A DNA stretch of 30,997 nt, taken from positions 1 through 30,997 of the IMG/VR virus record IMGVR_UViG_3300006428_000049; one strand, given 5' to 3'. The position numbers were made by a program, and so were the translations under genes. The stretch's first letter is position 1, and each line of letters begins with the position of its first letter. The DNA comes from a virus. Taxonomy: Duplodnaviria; Caudoviricetes. The notes under the pieces are model-generated. The model saw nothing but the letters and a program-made list of their open reading frames with translations. It ran no database searches and had not been told where the DNA came from. This document shows, piece after piece, positions 16,301 to 24,554 of this stretch.

Positions 16301-17526
16301 CGCTTTTTAAGCCGCCGCAATTCTCGCTCCCGCTTGGCCGCGTCGCCGCTTAAGCGCAGCAGGCTTTGCACGTACACTTCCTCGCCTGCGACGGTGGCCT
16401 TCACCACCACCAGCACGCCGCCGGGCCGATCCAGCACGTAATCCAGCTTTTGGGCGCTTTCCCGCACCCGCTCGCCATGGTCCACGGCTTCCTGGACCAG
16501 CCGGTAATCCTCGGGGCCAAGCTCCGGGTGCTTTGCCGCCTGTTTGCCGGCGGTCTGCGGCGAGAGCCGAGCCACTTGCGCGCGTGCGCCGATGAGCCCG
16601 GCGTCCTCGACCGGCAGCACGGCCAGGGGAAAGTTGCCCACGGGCTTGGCCAGCCATTGGCCCAGCACCGGGCCGCGCGTCATGGCGTCCACGGCCGCCC
16701 GGGCCAGGTCCGGCGGCGCGGCGTCGAGCTTGCGCACCAGTTCGTCCAGCGCCCCGCCCAGCCAGGACGCGCCGGGATTGGCCGAAAAGCCCGGATCGGT
16801 GAAGGCCACATAGCCGGACTGCGGGACCTTGTAGCCCGTGACCGGCCGCGTGAGGCGCTGGCCGTCGGCGGCGGGCACGGTCACCTTCTCGGTGACCATG
16901 TTGCCCACGCCGGATTCCGGGGTGACGTTTTCTGCCTCCATCCGGGAATCGGACAAGGCCCGCACCCGGCAGCGGCAGTTGAAGCCGTTGGGCGGATAGT
17001 GCGAACTCCAAAAGGGATCGTCGAAGCGGAAGGTGCGGTCGGCGAGCACCTTGTGGGAGGGGCGCGTCCTACCGTCCAGCACGGCCACGTATTGCCACCA
17101 GGGTCGGGCGTCGGCGTTTTCGAGCATGGCCTTGTAGCGGCCGGCCATGAAGGCGGTTTGCAGGTTCTGACGGTAGATGAGCCGCAGCCGGGCCGGGCTG
17201 CCGAGCTGGACGCGCCGCTCCTCGCCGGTACGGGGCGCGACCATCTTTTTCATGCCCCACCAGCCCTTGGCCTGGAGCCTGGGCTCCAAGTCCTTGCGGA
17301 ACCAGGCTTCGGTCTTGCCTTCGGCCAGGGCGGTCTTGAGCGTGGCGCGGATGTCGGCCAGCACGTCGAGGCTGGCGGCCTTGGCCACGGTAAAAGCTTG
17401 GGCGTGGGCGGCCTGGTCCAGCTCGTGCCAGTCGAAGGTGATTTTGTAGCCCTTGGACTCGAAGTAGGCCACGGCGTCGGCGGGCGGCAGCCCCAGGGCG
17501 AAGGACAAGGAAACGGGCTTGGGCAT
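16285..17526 (-). CDS. Head morphogenesis protein MuF (gpF/SPP1 gp7) with C-terminal PBECR-like nuclease extension
   Basis: WQYVAVLDGRTRPSH, YPPNGFNCRCRV; ~120-aa C-terminal extension KHPEL...DY...G...VVVKAT..GEEVYVQS. Confidence 0.85.
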   Translation of the reverse strand: MPKPVSLSFALGLPPADAVAYFESKGYKITFDWHELDQAAHAQAFTVAKAASLDVLADIRATLKTALAEGKTEAWFRKDLEPRLQAKGWWGMKKMVAPRTGEERRVQLGSPARLRLIYRQNLQTAFMAGRYKAMLENADARPWWQYVAVLDGRTRPSHKVLADRTFRFDDPFWSSHYPPNGFNCRCRVRALSDSRMEAENVTPESGVGNMVTEKVTVPAADGQRLTRPVTGYKVPQSGYVAFTDPGFSANPGASWLGGALDELVRKLDAAPPDLARAAVDAMTRGPVLGQWLAKPVGNFPLAVLPVEDAGLIGARAQVARLSPQTAGKQAAKHPELGPEDYRLVQEAVDHGERVRESAQKLDYVLDRPGGVLVVVKATVAGEEVYVQSLLRLSGDAAKRERELRRLKKRSAPH

Positions 17527-17529
17527 GGG

Positions 17530-19137
17530 CTACTCGGCCTCGGCCTGGGCGCTCACGCGTCCCCACAGCTCGCCCACAAAAAGAACCCGGGCCGTCAGCT
17601 CCTCCAGGGTGGTCGTGTCCATCTTCGGGTACAGCTCGGCCAGCTTGCCGAGGAGCGCTTCCGGGGCGACGCCGGCCTCCGCCTCGGCAAAGACCGGGGC
17701 GAGCAGGTCCCTGGCCAGGGCGGTCAAGGTGCTGTCCGGCAGCGTGGCCGCGTCCACGGCGTCCTGGTCGGGAAAGTTTGGCGCGTCGCCATTCGCGGCG
17801 GTCAACGCCGCCGTGGCCTCGGCCGGATCTGCCTCGTCGGGTTCCTCGGGCTCCTGGGGGGCTTCGGGCTTTTTGGGTGCGGCATCCTGGCGGCGTAACA
17901 CCGGCTCGCCGTCTTCCGGCAGGGGGATGCCGGCGCGCTCGTGCGCCCAGCGGGTGGGGATGTCCATGACCTCGGCCAGCGCGGGCAACGACTTGGCCAG
18001 CTTTTCCAGGTCCTCGGGGCGCGACGGGTCGAAGATGAAGCGCGGCAGCAAGGCCGGATCGCTGACGCCTTCGTTGAGAAAGGCCAACGGGGCGAGCAAC
18101 TGCCGGGTGAGCGATCCGGCGATCTGGCGCGCGTCACTGGCCAGGATGTCCAGGCGCACCTCGTTGTGGATTTCGCCGAGCGCCTGGCTGCCCACGCCCT
18201 TGGTGTCGGTGGTTAGCGTCGAGCCTAAAATCGCCTTGGACTGGCCGGTCTCGCACAGGTCGTGCATGGCGACAAAGGGCTTTTCGCTGCCCCGGGCCGC
18301 CTCCTTGAACTCGATGTCCATGCCTTCCGGGATGATGCCGGCGGCGTCGGACCCGAGCGCCTGCAAGGCGGCGAGCAAGGTCTTTTGCTCCTCGTCGCTG
18401 GACGTGGACGGATACTTGCCCAGGCGCATGGGCAGGCCGTGGATTTCCAGGAATTGCGAGAAGTCGCCCCGGCAATACTGCTTGAGCAGATAGGTCCAGC
18501 ACAGCACGCGGAACAGCCCGGCCCGGGCGAACATGCCCGACTTGGAGCGGTGCTTGTGGATGATCCAGCCCAGGCCCCACAGTTCCTGTCCCTCGGGCGT
18601 GTCGTCGCGCAGGCGCAAGGTGGCCAGGTCGTCGGCCAGCATGAACCAGTTTTGCGGCCGATGGTGCAAGGCGGCGGGAAGGTGCTTCGCGCCGTCGAAG
18701 GTCCACTCGAACTCCAGACAGGCGAAGCCGTGGCCGATGGCGTCGGCCATGTCCAGGATCACGTCCTCGAAGTCCGGGATGGCCTCCACCTGCTCGCGCA
18801 CGGCCCCGGCCACGGCCTCGGCCCGCTTGCCGCCGGCCTTGCCCGGGTCGATGCGCCAGGGGATGGAGAGAAGCGCCCGGCGGCGCTTGGACAGCTCGGC
18901 GTGGATATGCTCGTCCCGGTCCTCGATTTCCGCGAACAGGGTATGCTGGCCCACGATGTCGCCGGCATCGGCGGCACGAAGGATCGCTTCCAAGCGCCTG
19001 GGCGTCAGCCCGCCGGTCAGGCTGGCGATATAGGCGTTGTGGAGCGCGCCGAGCGTGGCCGTTTGCATGCCCTTGCGGGCCTGGCCCTTGAAGGCGGCCA
19101 GCGCCGCCCGCAGGCGATCAAGCATCGTCGTCATCAT
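17530..19137 (-). CDS. Portal protein (Mu gp29, DUF935)
   Basis: DAIGHGFACLE, FLEIHGLPMRLGKY, SKAILGSTLT, SQALGEIH. Confidence 0.93.
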   Translation of the reverse strand: MMTTMLDRLRAALAAFKGQARKGMQTATLGALHNAYIASLTGGLTPRRLEAILRAADAGDIVGQHTLFAEIEDRDEHIHAELSKRRRALLSIPWRIDPGKAGGKRAEAVAGAVREQVEAIPDFEDVILDMADAIGHGFACLEFEWTFDGAKHLPAALHHRPQNWFMLADDLATLRLRDDTPEGQELWGLGWIIHKHRSKSGMFARAGLFRVLCWTYLLKQYCRGDFSQFLEIHGLPMRLGKYPSTSSDEEQKTLLAALQALGSDAAGIIPEGMDIEFKEAARGSEKPFVAMHDLCETGQSKAILGSTLTTDTKGVGSQALGEIHNEVRLDILASDARQIAGSLTRQLLAPLAFLNEGVSDPALLPRFIFDPSRPEDLEKLAKSLPALAEVMDIPTRWAHERAGIPLPEDGEPVLRRQDAAPKKPEAPQEPEEPDEADPAEATAALTAANGDAPNFPDQDAVDAATLPDSTLTALARDLLAPVFAEAEAGVAPEALLGKLAELYPKMDTTTLEELTARVLFVGELWGRVSAQAEAE

Positions 19138-20761
19138 GATCGTGGCGTCCTTTGCGGATCAGGTTGCGGCCGCCGGCCTTGGGCACGCGGGTGAAGGCCA
19201 TGGCGGCGAAGCCTTTGACGGCGGCCTGCCACAGCATTTCCAGGGCGTCCGGGCCGTCATCGTGGTCGGCTTTCGGGAAATGGCGCAGCTGCTCGATGAG
19301 CGCGTGCTGGGAAGGATGCAGCCGGATGCGGCCCTGGGCGAAATAGGGTTGCATGGCCTCGATCCGAAGCGCCTTATCGGCGATGGGCACGACGCCCCGG
19401 GCCGGGATGGCAAGGCCTCGCAGCATGGCCCGGCGGATCAGTTCGGTGCGCAGAAATTCCTGGAACTGCACCGCCTCCACCACCCACAGCAGGCAGCGGT
19501 AGCGCTCGTGGAAGGCGATGACGTCTTCGATGATGCGGTCGGGCACGCGCTTGCGGATGGCGGCCTCGACCACGTCCAGCACGCCGCGCTCCCGGGAATA
19601 GCCGCCGATGAGGATGGCCGACGGGTCGCGGCTGGAGCCGGCCTTGCCCAGGCTCGGGTCCACGGCCCCGAAATAGCGCCAGTCGTCGCGGCGCTCTACC
19701 CAGAAGGTGAGGCAGGCGGCAAAAGGCGCGTCCTCGCCGGCCAGCGGGTCGTTTTGCTGCTCGGAGTCAAAGGCGGCGTGGCCGTCCCGGGCGCGCTTCA
19801 CCATGAGCTTGTAGAGCGGTCGCGCCGACGGCCAGGACACCACCGCCCCCTTTTCCATGGCCGCCCGGGCCTTCTCGTAAAAGGCATGGGCCGCGTCCTC
19901 GCCCAGGGAAAGCAGGATTTCCTCCCAGCGGTCCCACAGGTCGAGCCGGTCCGGCCACTGGATCACGGCCTTGAACTTGCGCGAGCGCCACAACGTGTTG
20001 CCGAGCAGCCGAGCCAGCACGGAATCGTAATGCAGCACCGTGCCGACCAGGATCACGTCCATGGTGTCCCCGGCCTCGCCAAGCGAAAGCACCGTTTTTT
20101 GCAGCCAGCTTAAGAGCTTGTCGCGCTGCTCCGGGCTTTTGACGTTCTCGTCGTTCTCCAGGTCGTCGCAGATGACCAGGTCCGGCCGGTGCGGGCCATG
20201 GCGCAGGCCGCGCATGCGCTTGCCCGAGCCGAAAGCCTGGATTTTGGCGTCCGTGGCCGTGATGGCCACGCCCACGTTCCAGACGCGGCCCAGTCCCACG
20301 GCCTCGGGAAAGTCCATGGCCAGGCGCGGGTTGGCTTCCAGCTCCGCCTTGACCGCTTCGAGAAGCGCGGCGGCCTGCTCGAAGGCGTCGGCGATGAGGA
20401 TCACGTAGCGCTTGCGGCCGGTCGCCAAGCACCACAACACGAAGATCATGGCCACGATGGTGGACTTGGCCTCGCCGCGCGGGGCGGCGCAGGCCAGCCG
20501 CTGGCCGTCCGGGCGGTCCACCAGCGCCGGCAGGGTGTCGTCCAGCCAGGCGTGGAGCACGGAATCGCCGTAGCGGCAGTAATGCGGGAAATAGGTGTGG
20601 CGAAAAAAGGAGAAGTCGCCTTGCACGCGGTCGCGGCGCTGACGCGAGGCGGCCGGGTCCGCAGCGAAGCCGTCGCATTCGGCCTCGATTGTGCGGCGCA
20701 TGCTTTCGGCCAGCCGCGCCAGCTCGGCCAGGAAGTCCTTTTGTTTGAGTTTGCGCGCCAT
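19118..20761 (-). CDS. Terminase large subunit
   Basis: APRGEAKST Walker A, RPDLVICDDLE Walker B, AVDPSLG, HDDGPDALE nuclease motifs. Confidence 0.93.
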   Translation of the reverse strand: MARKLKQKDFLAELARLAESMRRTIEAECDGFAADPAASRQRRDRVQGDFSFFRHTYFPHYCRYGDSVLHAWLDDTLPALVDRPDGQRLACAAPRGEAKSTIVAMIFVLWCLATGRKRYVILIADAFEQAAALLEAVKAELEANPRLAMDFPEAVGLGRVWNVGVAITATDAKIQAFGSGKRMRGLRHGPHRPDLVICDDLENDENVKSPEQRDKLLSWLQKTVLSLGEAGDTMDVILVGTVLHYDSVLARLLGNTLWRSRKFKAVIQWPDRLDLWDRWEEILLSLGEDAAHAFYEKARAAMEKGAVVSWPSARPLYKLMVKRARDGHAAFDSEQQNDPLAGEDAPFAACLTFWVERRDDWRYFGAVDPSLGKAGSSRDPSAILIGGYSRERGVLDVVEAAIRKRVPDRIIEDVIAFHERYRCLLWVVEAVQFQEFLRTELIRRAMLRGLAIPARGVVPIADKALRIEAMQPYFAQGRIRLHPSQHALIEQLRHFPKADHDDGPDALEMLWQAAVKGFAAMAFTRVPKAGGRNLIRKGRHDHDDDDA

Positions 20762-20763
20762 GG

Positions 20764-21261
20764 CTAGCCAAAGGCCTTGGCGATCTCCGCCCCGAACGGT
20801 TCCAGAATCTCCAGGAACGCCGGTCCGTGCTGCGGGTAGCGGTCGCGGATGAAGTTGCCGAGCTTGTCGAGCACCGAAAGCGCCGTGGCCAGCTCGGACG
20901 TTTCGGGCAGCACGCGCTTGCTCGCGGCGATGGTCTTGTTGAAGCTGTCGGCCAAGCTGGCCAGCATATCGACCTTGGCCGACGCCGGCATGTCGCCCGT
21001 GGCGATGGCGTCCATCATGGCCTTATGCTGCACCACGTAGTCGGCCAGCATCTGCCGGGCCACCGCCTCCACGCCGTCACCGGCCAGCAGGCAGGCGGCC
21101 CGCAGCTTGTCCCAATCCTCGCCGGCCTCGCGCGCCGCGCGTTTCCAGCGGCCGGCCGTGGCCGTGGACACGCCGGCCTTGGCCGCCGCCATCTCCAGGG
21201 GCAGCCGCTCATGCACGTAGGCCGTTCGCACGGCCGCGACCTTGTCCTTGCCGTGGGCCAT
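20764..21261 (-). CDS. DUF1804 family protein, probable terminase small subunit
   Basis: N-terminal HTH, GEDWDKLRAA, ILEPFG; directly upstream of terL. Confidence 0.8.
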   Translation of the reverse strand: MAHGKDKVAAVRTAYVHERLPLEMAAAKAGVSTATAGRWKRAAREAGEDWDKLRAACLLAGDGVEAVARQMLADYVVQHKAMMDAIATGDMPASAKVDMLASLADSFNKTIAASKRVLPETSELATALSVLDKLGNFIRDRYPQHGPAFLEILEPFGAEIAKAFG

Positions 21262-21263
21262 GG

Positions 21264-21458
21264 CTACCAGCCCATCTTGACCCGGATGTAGTTGATGGCC
21301 ACCGCCACCACGCCGCCGGCCACGGAGCCGGACACGGCCCCGGCCACGGCCGCTCGCTTGTCCACGGCGTCCAGGCGCGTCGTCAGACAGTCCACCTTGC
21401 CGTCGATGCGACGCAGGAGCGCCAGCTCGGCGGATTCGCTTTCCCGTTCCTGTGTCAT
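21264..21458 (-). CDS. Small phage protein with coiled coil and C-terminal hydrophobic helix
   Basis: MTQERES...; ATGA overlap with the upstream gene; GGAGG SD. Confidence 0.65.
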   Translation of the reverse strand: MTQERESESAELALLRRIDGKVDCLTTRLDAVDKRAAVAGAVSGSVAGGVVAVAINYIRVKMGW

Positions 21459-21715
21459 GCTTTTCCTCCCGGCCTCTCGATGAGCCGATCCAGCTTGCTT
21501 TCGATAACGGCCAGGCGTTCCAGCATTTCCGACCGCATCAGGATATAATCGTCGCGGCGCACGCAACCGTCCGCCACCTTTTCCCGCAAGGCCGCCACGT
21601 CGGCCTCATGGCGCTTGAGCGCATCCTGCAAGTGCTTGACCCACAGGCCGCCGAAAAAGGCGATCAGGCCCAGCAGCACGTTGACGGCCATGGGCACCCA
21701 CACGGCGGCGTCCAT
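21455..21715 (-). CDS. Small membrane-anchored coiled-coil phage protein (Mu gp25-like position)
   Basis: N-terminal TM helix, VRRDDY...KLDRL; translationally coupled on both sides. Confidence 0.65.
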   Translation of the reverse strand: MDAAVWVPMAVNVLLGLIAFFGGLWVKHLQDALKRHEADVAALREKVADGCVRRDDYILMRSEMLERLAVIESKLDRLIERPGGKA

Positions 21716-22326
21716 CAACGGTTCCCGCCGTCCGTGGCCAGGTCGATCAGGGCGTCAAGCTGCGCCTCCATGGCTTGCGAGCGTGCGCCATAGTCGCGGA
21801 TGTGGGCCAGAATGTCGGCCGGGGTCACGGCGCGGCGCGGTCGTAATCCGGGACCAACGGCCGGGGCGGCGTCGGGCGCTCCAGCAACTGGGGCGGGACC
21901 TGCGGCTTGGGGCACGGCACCGTCACCGGAAGGACTGGCGGCGGCACCGATGGCCTCGTTGTACAGGCGCACAAACTCAGGGCCGAAAACACAATCAAGG
22001 CCGGCAGTCGCATGGGGGATTCTCCTTGTGATGCTTCTGATCTTGGCCGCGCTTTGGCGCTTGCTCCGGTCCAACCTCGCGGCAAGGGCATTGGCCCGGC
22101 TTTGGGCCGCTTCCAGCTCCTGGCGGGCCTTGCGCTCGGCCTCGGCCCAGGCTTTCGCCTGCTCGGCCTTCCAGGTCTCGGCCTGGGCCTTGAGGGTGGC
22201 CACCTCGGCCCGGCGCACGGCGTCGGCCCGGCCGAAGCCGGCGCGGTAGCCGGCCCCGAAAGCCAGGATGCAGGCGAGTACCCCGGCCACGGCACCCAGC
22301 ACCCATTTATTGAGCAGCAGTGACAT
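21715..22326 (-). CDS. Inner-membrane spanin (Rz-like)
   Basis: N-terminal TM followed by coiled coil; follows the endolysin; contains an embedded lipoprotein ORF. Confidence 0.75.
   Translation of the reverse strand: MSLLLNKWVLGAVAGVLACILAFGAGYRAGFGRADAVRRAEVATLKAQAETWKAEQAKAWAEAERKARQELEAAQSRANALAARLDRSKRQSAAKIRSITRRIPHATAGLDCVFGPEFVRLYNEAIGAAASPSGDGAVPQAAGPAPVAGAPDAAPAVGPGLRPRRAVTPADILAHIRDYGARSQAMEAQLDALIDLATDGGNR
21825..22013 (-). CDS. Outer-membrane spanin lipoprotein (Rz1-like), embedded in Rz
   Basis: AAGGAG SD, MRLPALIVFSALSLCAC lipobox, Pro-rich mature part, different frame within Rz. Confidence 0.75.
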   Translation of the reverse strand: MRLPALIVFSALSLCACTTRPSVPPPVLPVTVPCPKPQVPPQLLERPTPPRPLVPDYDRAAP

Positions 22327-23047
22327 GGCACACCCCCTGGCCCCAGCCGGCCCGGATATAGAGCGGTTCGAGCGTCCCCAGGATGCGGCGGGGATAGCCC
22401 CGGTTTTCCTTCCAGGCGGCGGCATTGCGACCGGCGTTGTAGCGCTCCACCTGGTCGAACCAGACGCGCGGGTCCGCGCCGGACTTCTTGGCCAGCGCTT
22501 TGTCGCGCCGCACCCAGGCCAGGCCGCCGTTGTAGCCGGAAAGGGCCATGGCCATGCGCTGGCAGCTGTCCCGGGCCGTCACCCGGTCCCACAGCCACTT
22601 GTCGTAGGTGGCCAGGGCGCGAAGCGCCCAGCCCGGGTTGAAGGGATCGTTGGCGGCCAGCTCGGGCACAAGCCCGGCGATCCACTTGGACGTGGACGGC
22701 ATGAACTGCGCCAGGCCGCGCGCGCCCACCGGAGAGACGGCGTTCTCGCGCCAGCGGCTTTCCTGGTGCACCTGCGCGGCCAGCGTGGCGACCGGAGCTT
22801 CCAGGCCGAAGGCGTAGCGGCCGCACCGGGTCAGCTCGGCCCGGTGGCGCAGGGCATTGGCCGGGATGGTTTCGGCCCGGGCCGCCACAAGGGTGAACAG
22901 GAGCACGGCCAACGCCCCGGCGGCGAAGCCCGCGCCCCACAGAAAGCCCGTGAAGAAGTGCTTGCAGACAAAGCCCGAGGCCGCTTCCGCCCGGGCGAGC
23001 CAGGCGTCGGGGATGCGGCCGAGCACGTCGGCCAGGAACCGGCGCAT
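22307..23047 (-). CDS. Endolysin, SLT-type lytic transglycosylase with N-terminal hydrophobic segment
   Basis: HQES catalytic Glu, GARGLAQFMP, ALSGYNGG, ENRGYPRRI; ATG 23047. Confidence 0.9.
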   Translation of the reverse strand: MRRFLADVLGRIPDAWLARAEAASGFVCKHFFTGFLWGAGFAAGALAVLLFTLVAARAETIPANALRHRAELTRCGRYAFGLEAPVATLAAQVHQESRWRENAVSPVGARGLAQFMPSTSKWIAGLVPELAANDPFNPGWALRALATYDKWLWDRVTARDSCQRMAMALSGYNGGLAWVRRDKALAKKSGADPRVWFDQVERYNAGRNAAAWKENRGYPRRILGTLEPLYIRAGWGQGVCHVTAAQ

Positions 23048-23049
23048 GG

Positions 23050-23400
23050 CTACAGCCCCAGGCACACGGCCAGCATGACGCCGAGCACGATCAAGGCGCG
23101 GCGCAGCAGCGCGGCGGCGAAGATGGATGCATAGCCTGGCACCACGGCGTAGTCGGCTTCGTCGTCGGGGTAAGCGGCGTCGTGGGTGCGCCATTCGCGG
23201 GCCAGGTAGCCGTCGGGCCTGGCGTAGGGAAACAGCCAGCGGTCGAGCCAGTAGCCCACGTATCCGGCCAGCAGGACCAACGCGAGCTTGTAGAGCATGA
23301 CCGGCAGCTGCACCGGCGACACAACGGCCAGCGCCGCCACCAGCAACGCGGCCGCCACGGAACAGGCGAGCAGACGCGGGGAATGGAACTTGTGGGACAT
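23050..23400 (-). CDS. Putative holin
   Basis: Three hydrophobic segments, GYWLDRWLFPYARP, RRALIV; first gene of the lysis operon; AAGGAGG SD. Confidence 0.85.
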   Translation of the reverse strand: MSHKFHSPRLLACSVAAALLVAALAVVSPVQLPVMLYKLALVLLAGYVGYWLDRWLFPYARPDGYLAREWRTHDAAYPDDEADYAVVPGYASIFAAALLRRALIVLGVMLAVCLGL

Positions 23401-23451
23401 GAACGCCTCCTTGCATTGCGGTTGGGAGGCGGAAATGGAACCGCCCCCGGA

Positions 23452-23504
23452 CGCCGCCTATGCTAGGCGGCGCACCAGGGGCGGTGATAGGTGAAGGGGT
23501 TCAG
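23452..23504 (-). promoter_or_regulatory. Late promoter 3 (equivalent of Mu Plys)
   Basis: Box at 23486-23504, 20-bp spacer, TAGCAT (23465-23460) inside the CGCCGCCTA/TAGGCGGCG inverted repeat. Confidence 0.75.
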
Positions 23505-23547
23505 ATTGGAACTAACAATTAGCGATAAATATCGAAACAAAACCCAA

Positions 23548-24552
23548 TCATGCTGTATAAACCCATGCAAAAAGTTGTCTCCATTGTTCTTGGTCTTTAA
23601 GGTCAGTTCTAAATGCTTTTGCTGATGTGATTTTCGTCATCATATGCTTATCAATTAAATTGATAATGTATTTAAAATCTTCGTCTTCCAGTATTTCGGT
23701 GTCGCAAATTCCTAAAATTTGCCTTCCGGTGTCTGACAAGGGAATACCTGGAACATTGATTGGATGGACGTTTGCGTTAAGTAATAAAAGTATATTTTTA
23801 AATGTTAAACTAAATGAAAAACCTTGAGTATCATCTGATTCATTCTGCGTCCGCAGGGTTAAGACGAACTCTGATGACGGCACAGACAAAAGGCCAGCCG
23901 AATGCAGCATAAGCAAATCATCTAATGTTAAGGCGTCTGGGAGTTGGTTATTTTTTAAACTGCATAGTAAGAATTTGTTTAAAGCAACAAATTTACCAGC
24001 CTTCCGAAAGCAGATAGCCTCTTTGTTGGAAATATTTTTAATGATATCTAGTGTTCTGAATGAAATAGAATCTGGCTCGGCTATTTCTTCAGCCAACAAC
24101 CTTCCCCAGATTGTTTGAAGATCTTTGTTCCCAATGACTTTTGCTTCGCGTCTCCAGCGCATAAAAAAATCATCATCAACTTCTCTGTCTGATATTTTTT
24201 CGTCTGGAATGTCCTTTAATGTTTCGGCTGTAACCTTCAAATTTCCAGTCAAATTTTCAGTTGATTGTCTTTCTTCGATTTCTAACAGATTCAAATCATC
24301 AATTTGCTTAGGGTGTTGAAGGGCGATAAATTTGCCATCGCGAAATTCAGCTTGTCCTGATAAGATTTGTTCGTATTCTTTTTCGGTTTGTGCAGCAGTC
24401 AATGCCACATGTCGTGCGTTATTCGCTTGACGCTTTGCAAAAACAAGAGAGAATAGTTTGTCCATTCCTTTTGGTGTCGCCTTGATGAGAGGGTCAAAGT
24501 TTGCATTGACTTTAGCGGTGATCTTAATATCCATTGGATTGTCTGTTCCCAT
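23548..24552 (-). CDS. DUF2806 (TIGR03899-like) protein; accessory gene
   Basis: VDDDFFMRW...DLQTIWGRLLAEEI..P.SISFRTLD...EA..F; AT-rich. Confidence 0.75.
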   Translation of the reverse strand: MGTDNPMDIKITAKVNANFDPLIKATPKGMDKLFSLVFAKRQANNARHVALTAAQTEKEYEQILSGQAEFRDGKFIALQHPKQIDDLNLLEIEERQSTENLTGNLKVTAETLKDIPDEKISDREVDDDFFMRWRREAKVIGNKDLQTIWGRLLAEEIAEPDSISFRTLDIIKNISNKEAICFRKAGKFVALNKFLLCSLKNNQLPDALTLDDLLMLHSAGLLSVPSSEFVLTLRTQNESDDTQGFSFSLTFKNILLLLNANVHPINVPGIPLSDTGRQILGICDTEILEDEDFKYIINLIDKHMMTKITSAKAFRTDLKDQEQWRQLFAWVYTA

Positions 24553-24554
24553 GA

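Noticed and set aside
391-23504. 19-bp repeats as att sites, CRISPR repeats or Mu end-binding sites
   Set aside because: They are dispersed, same-orientation, internal, and at fixed spacing from -10-like hexamers before late operons; a promoter role explains them better
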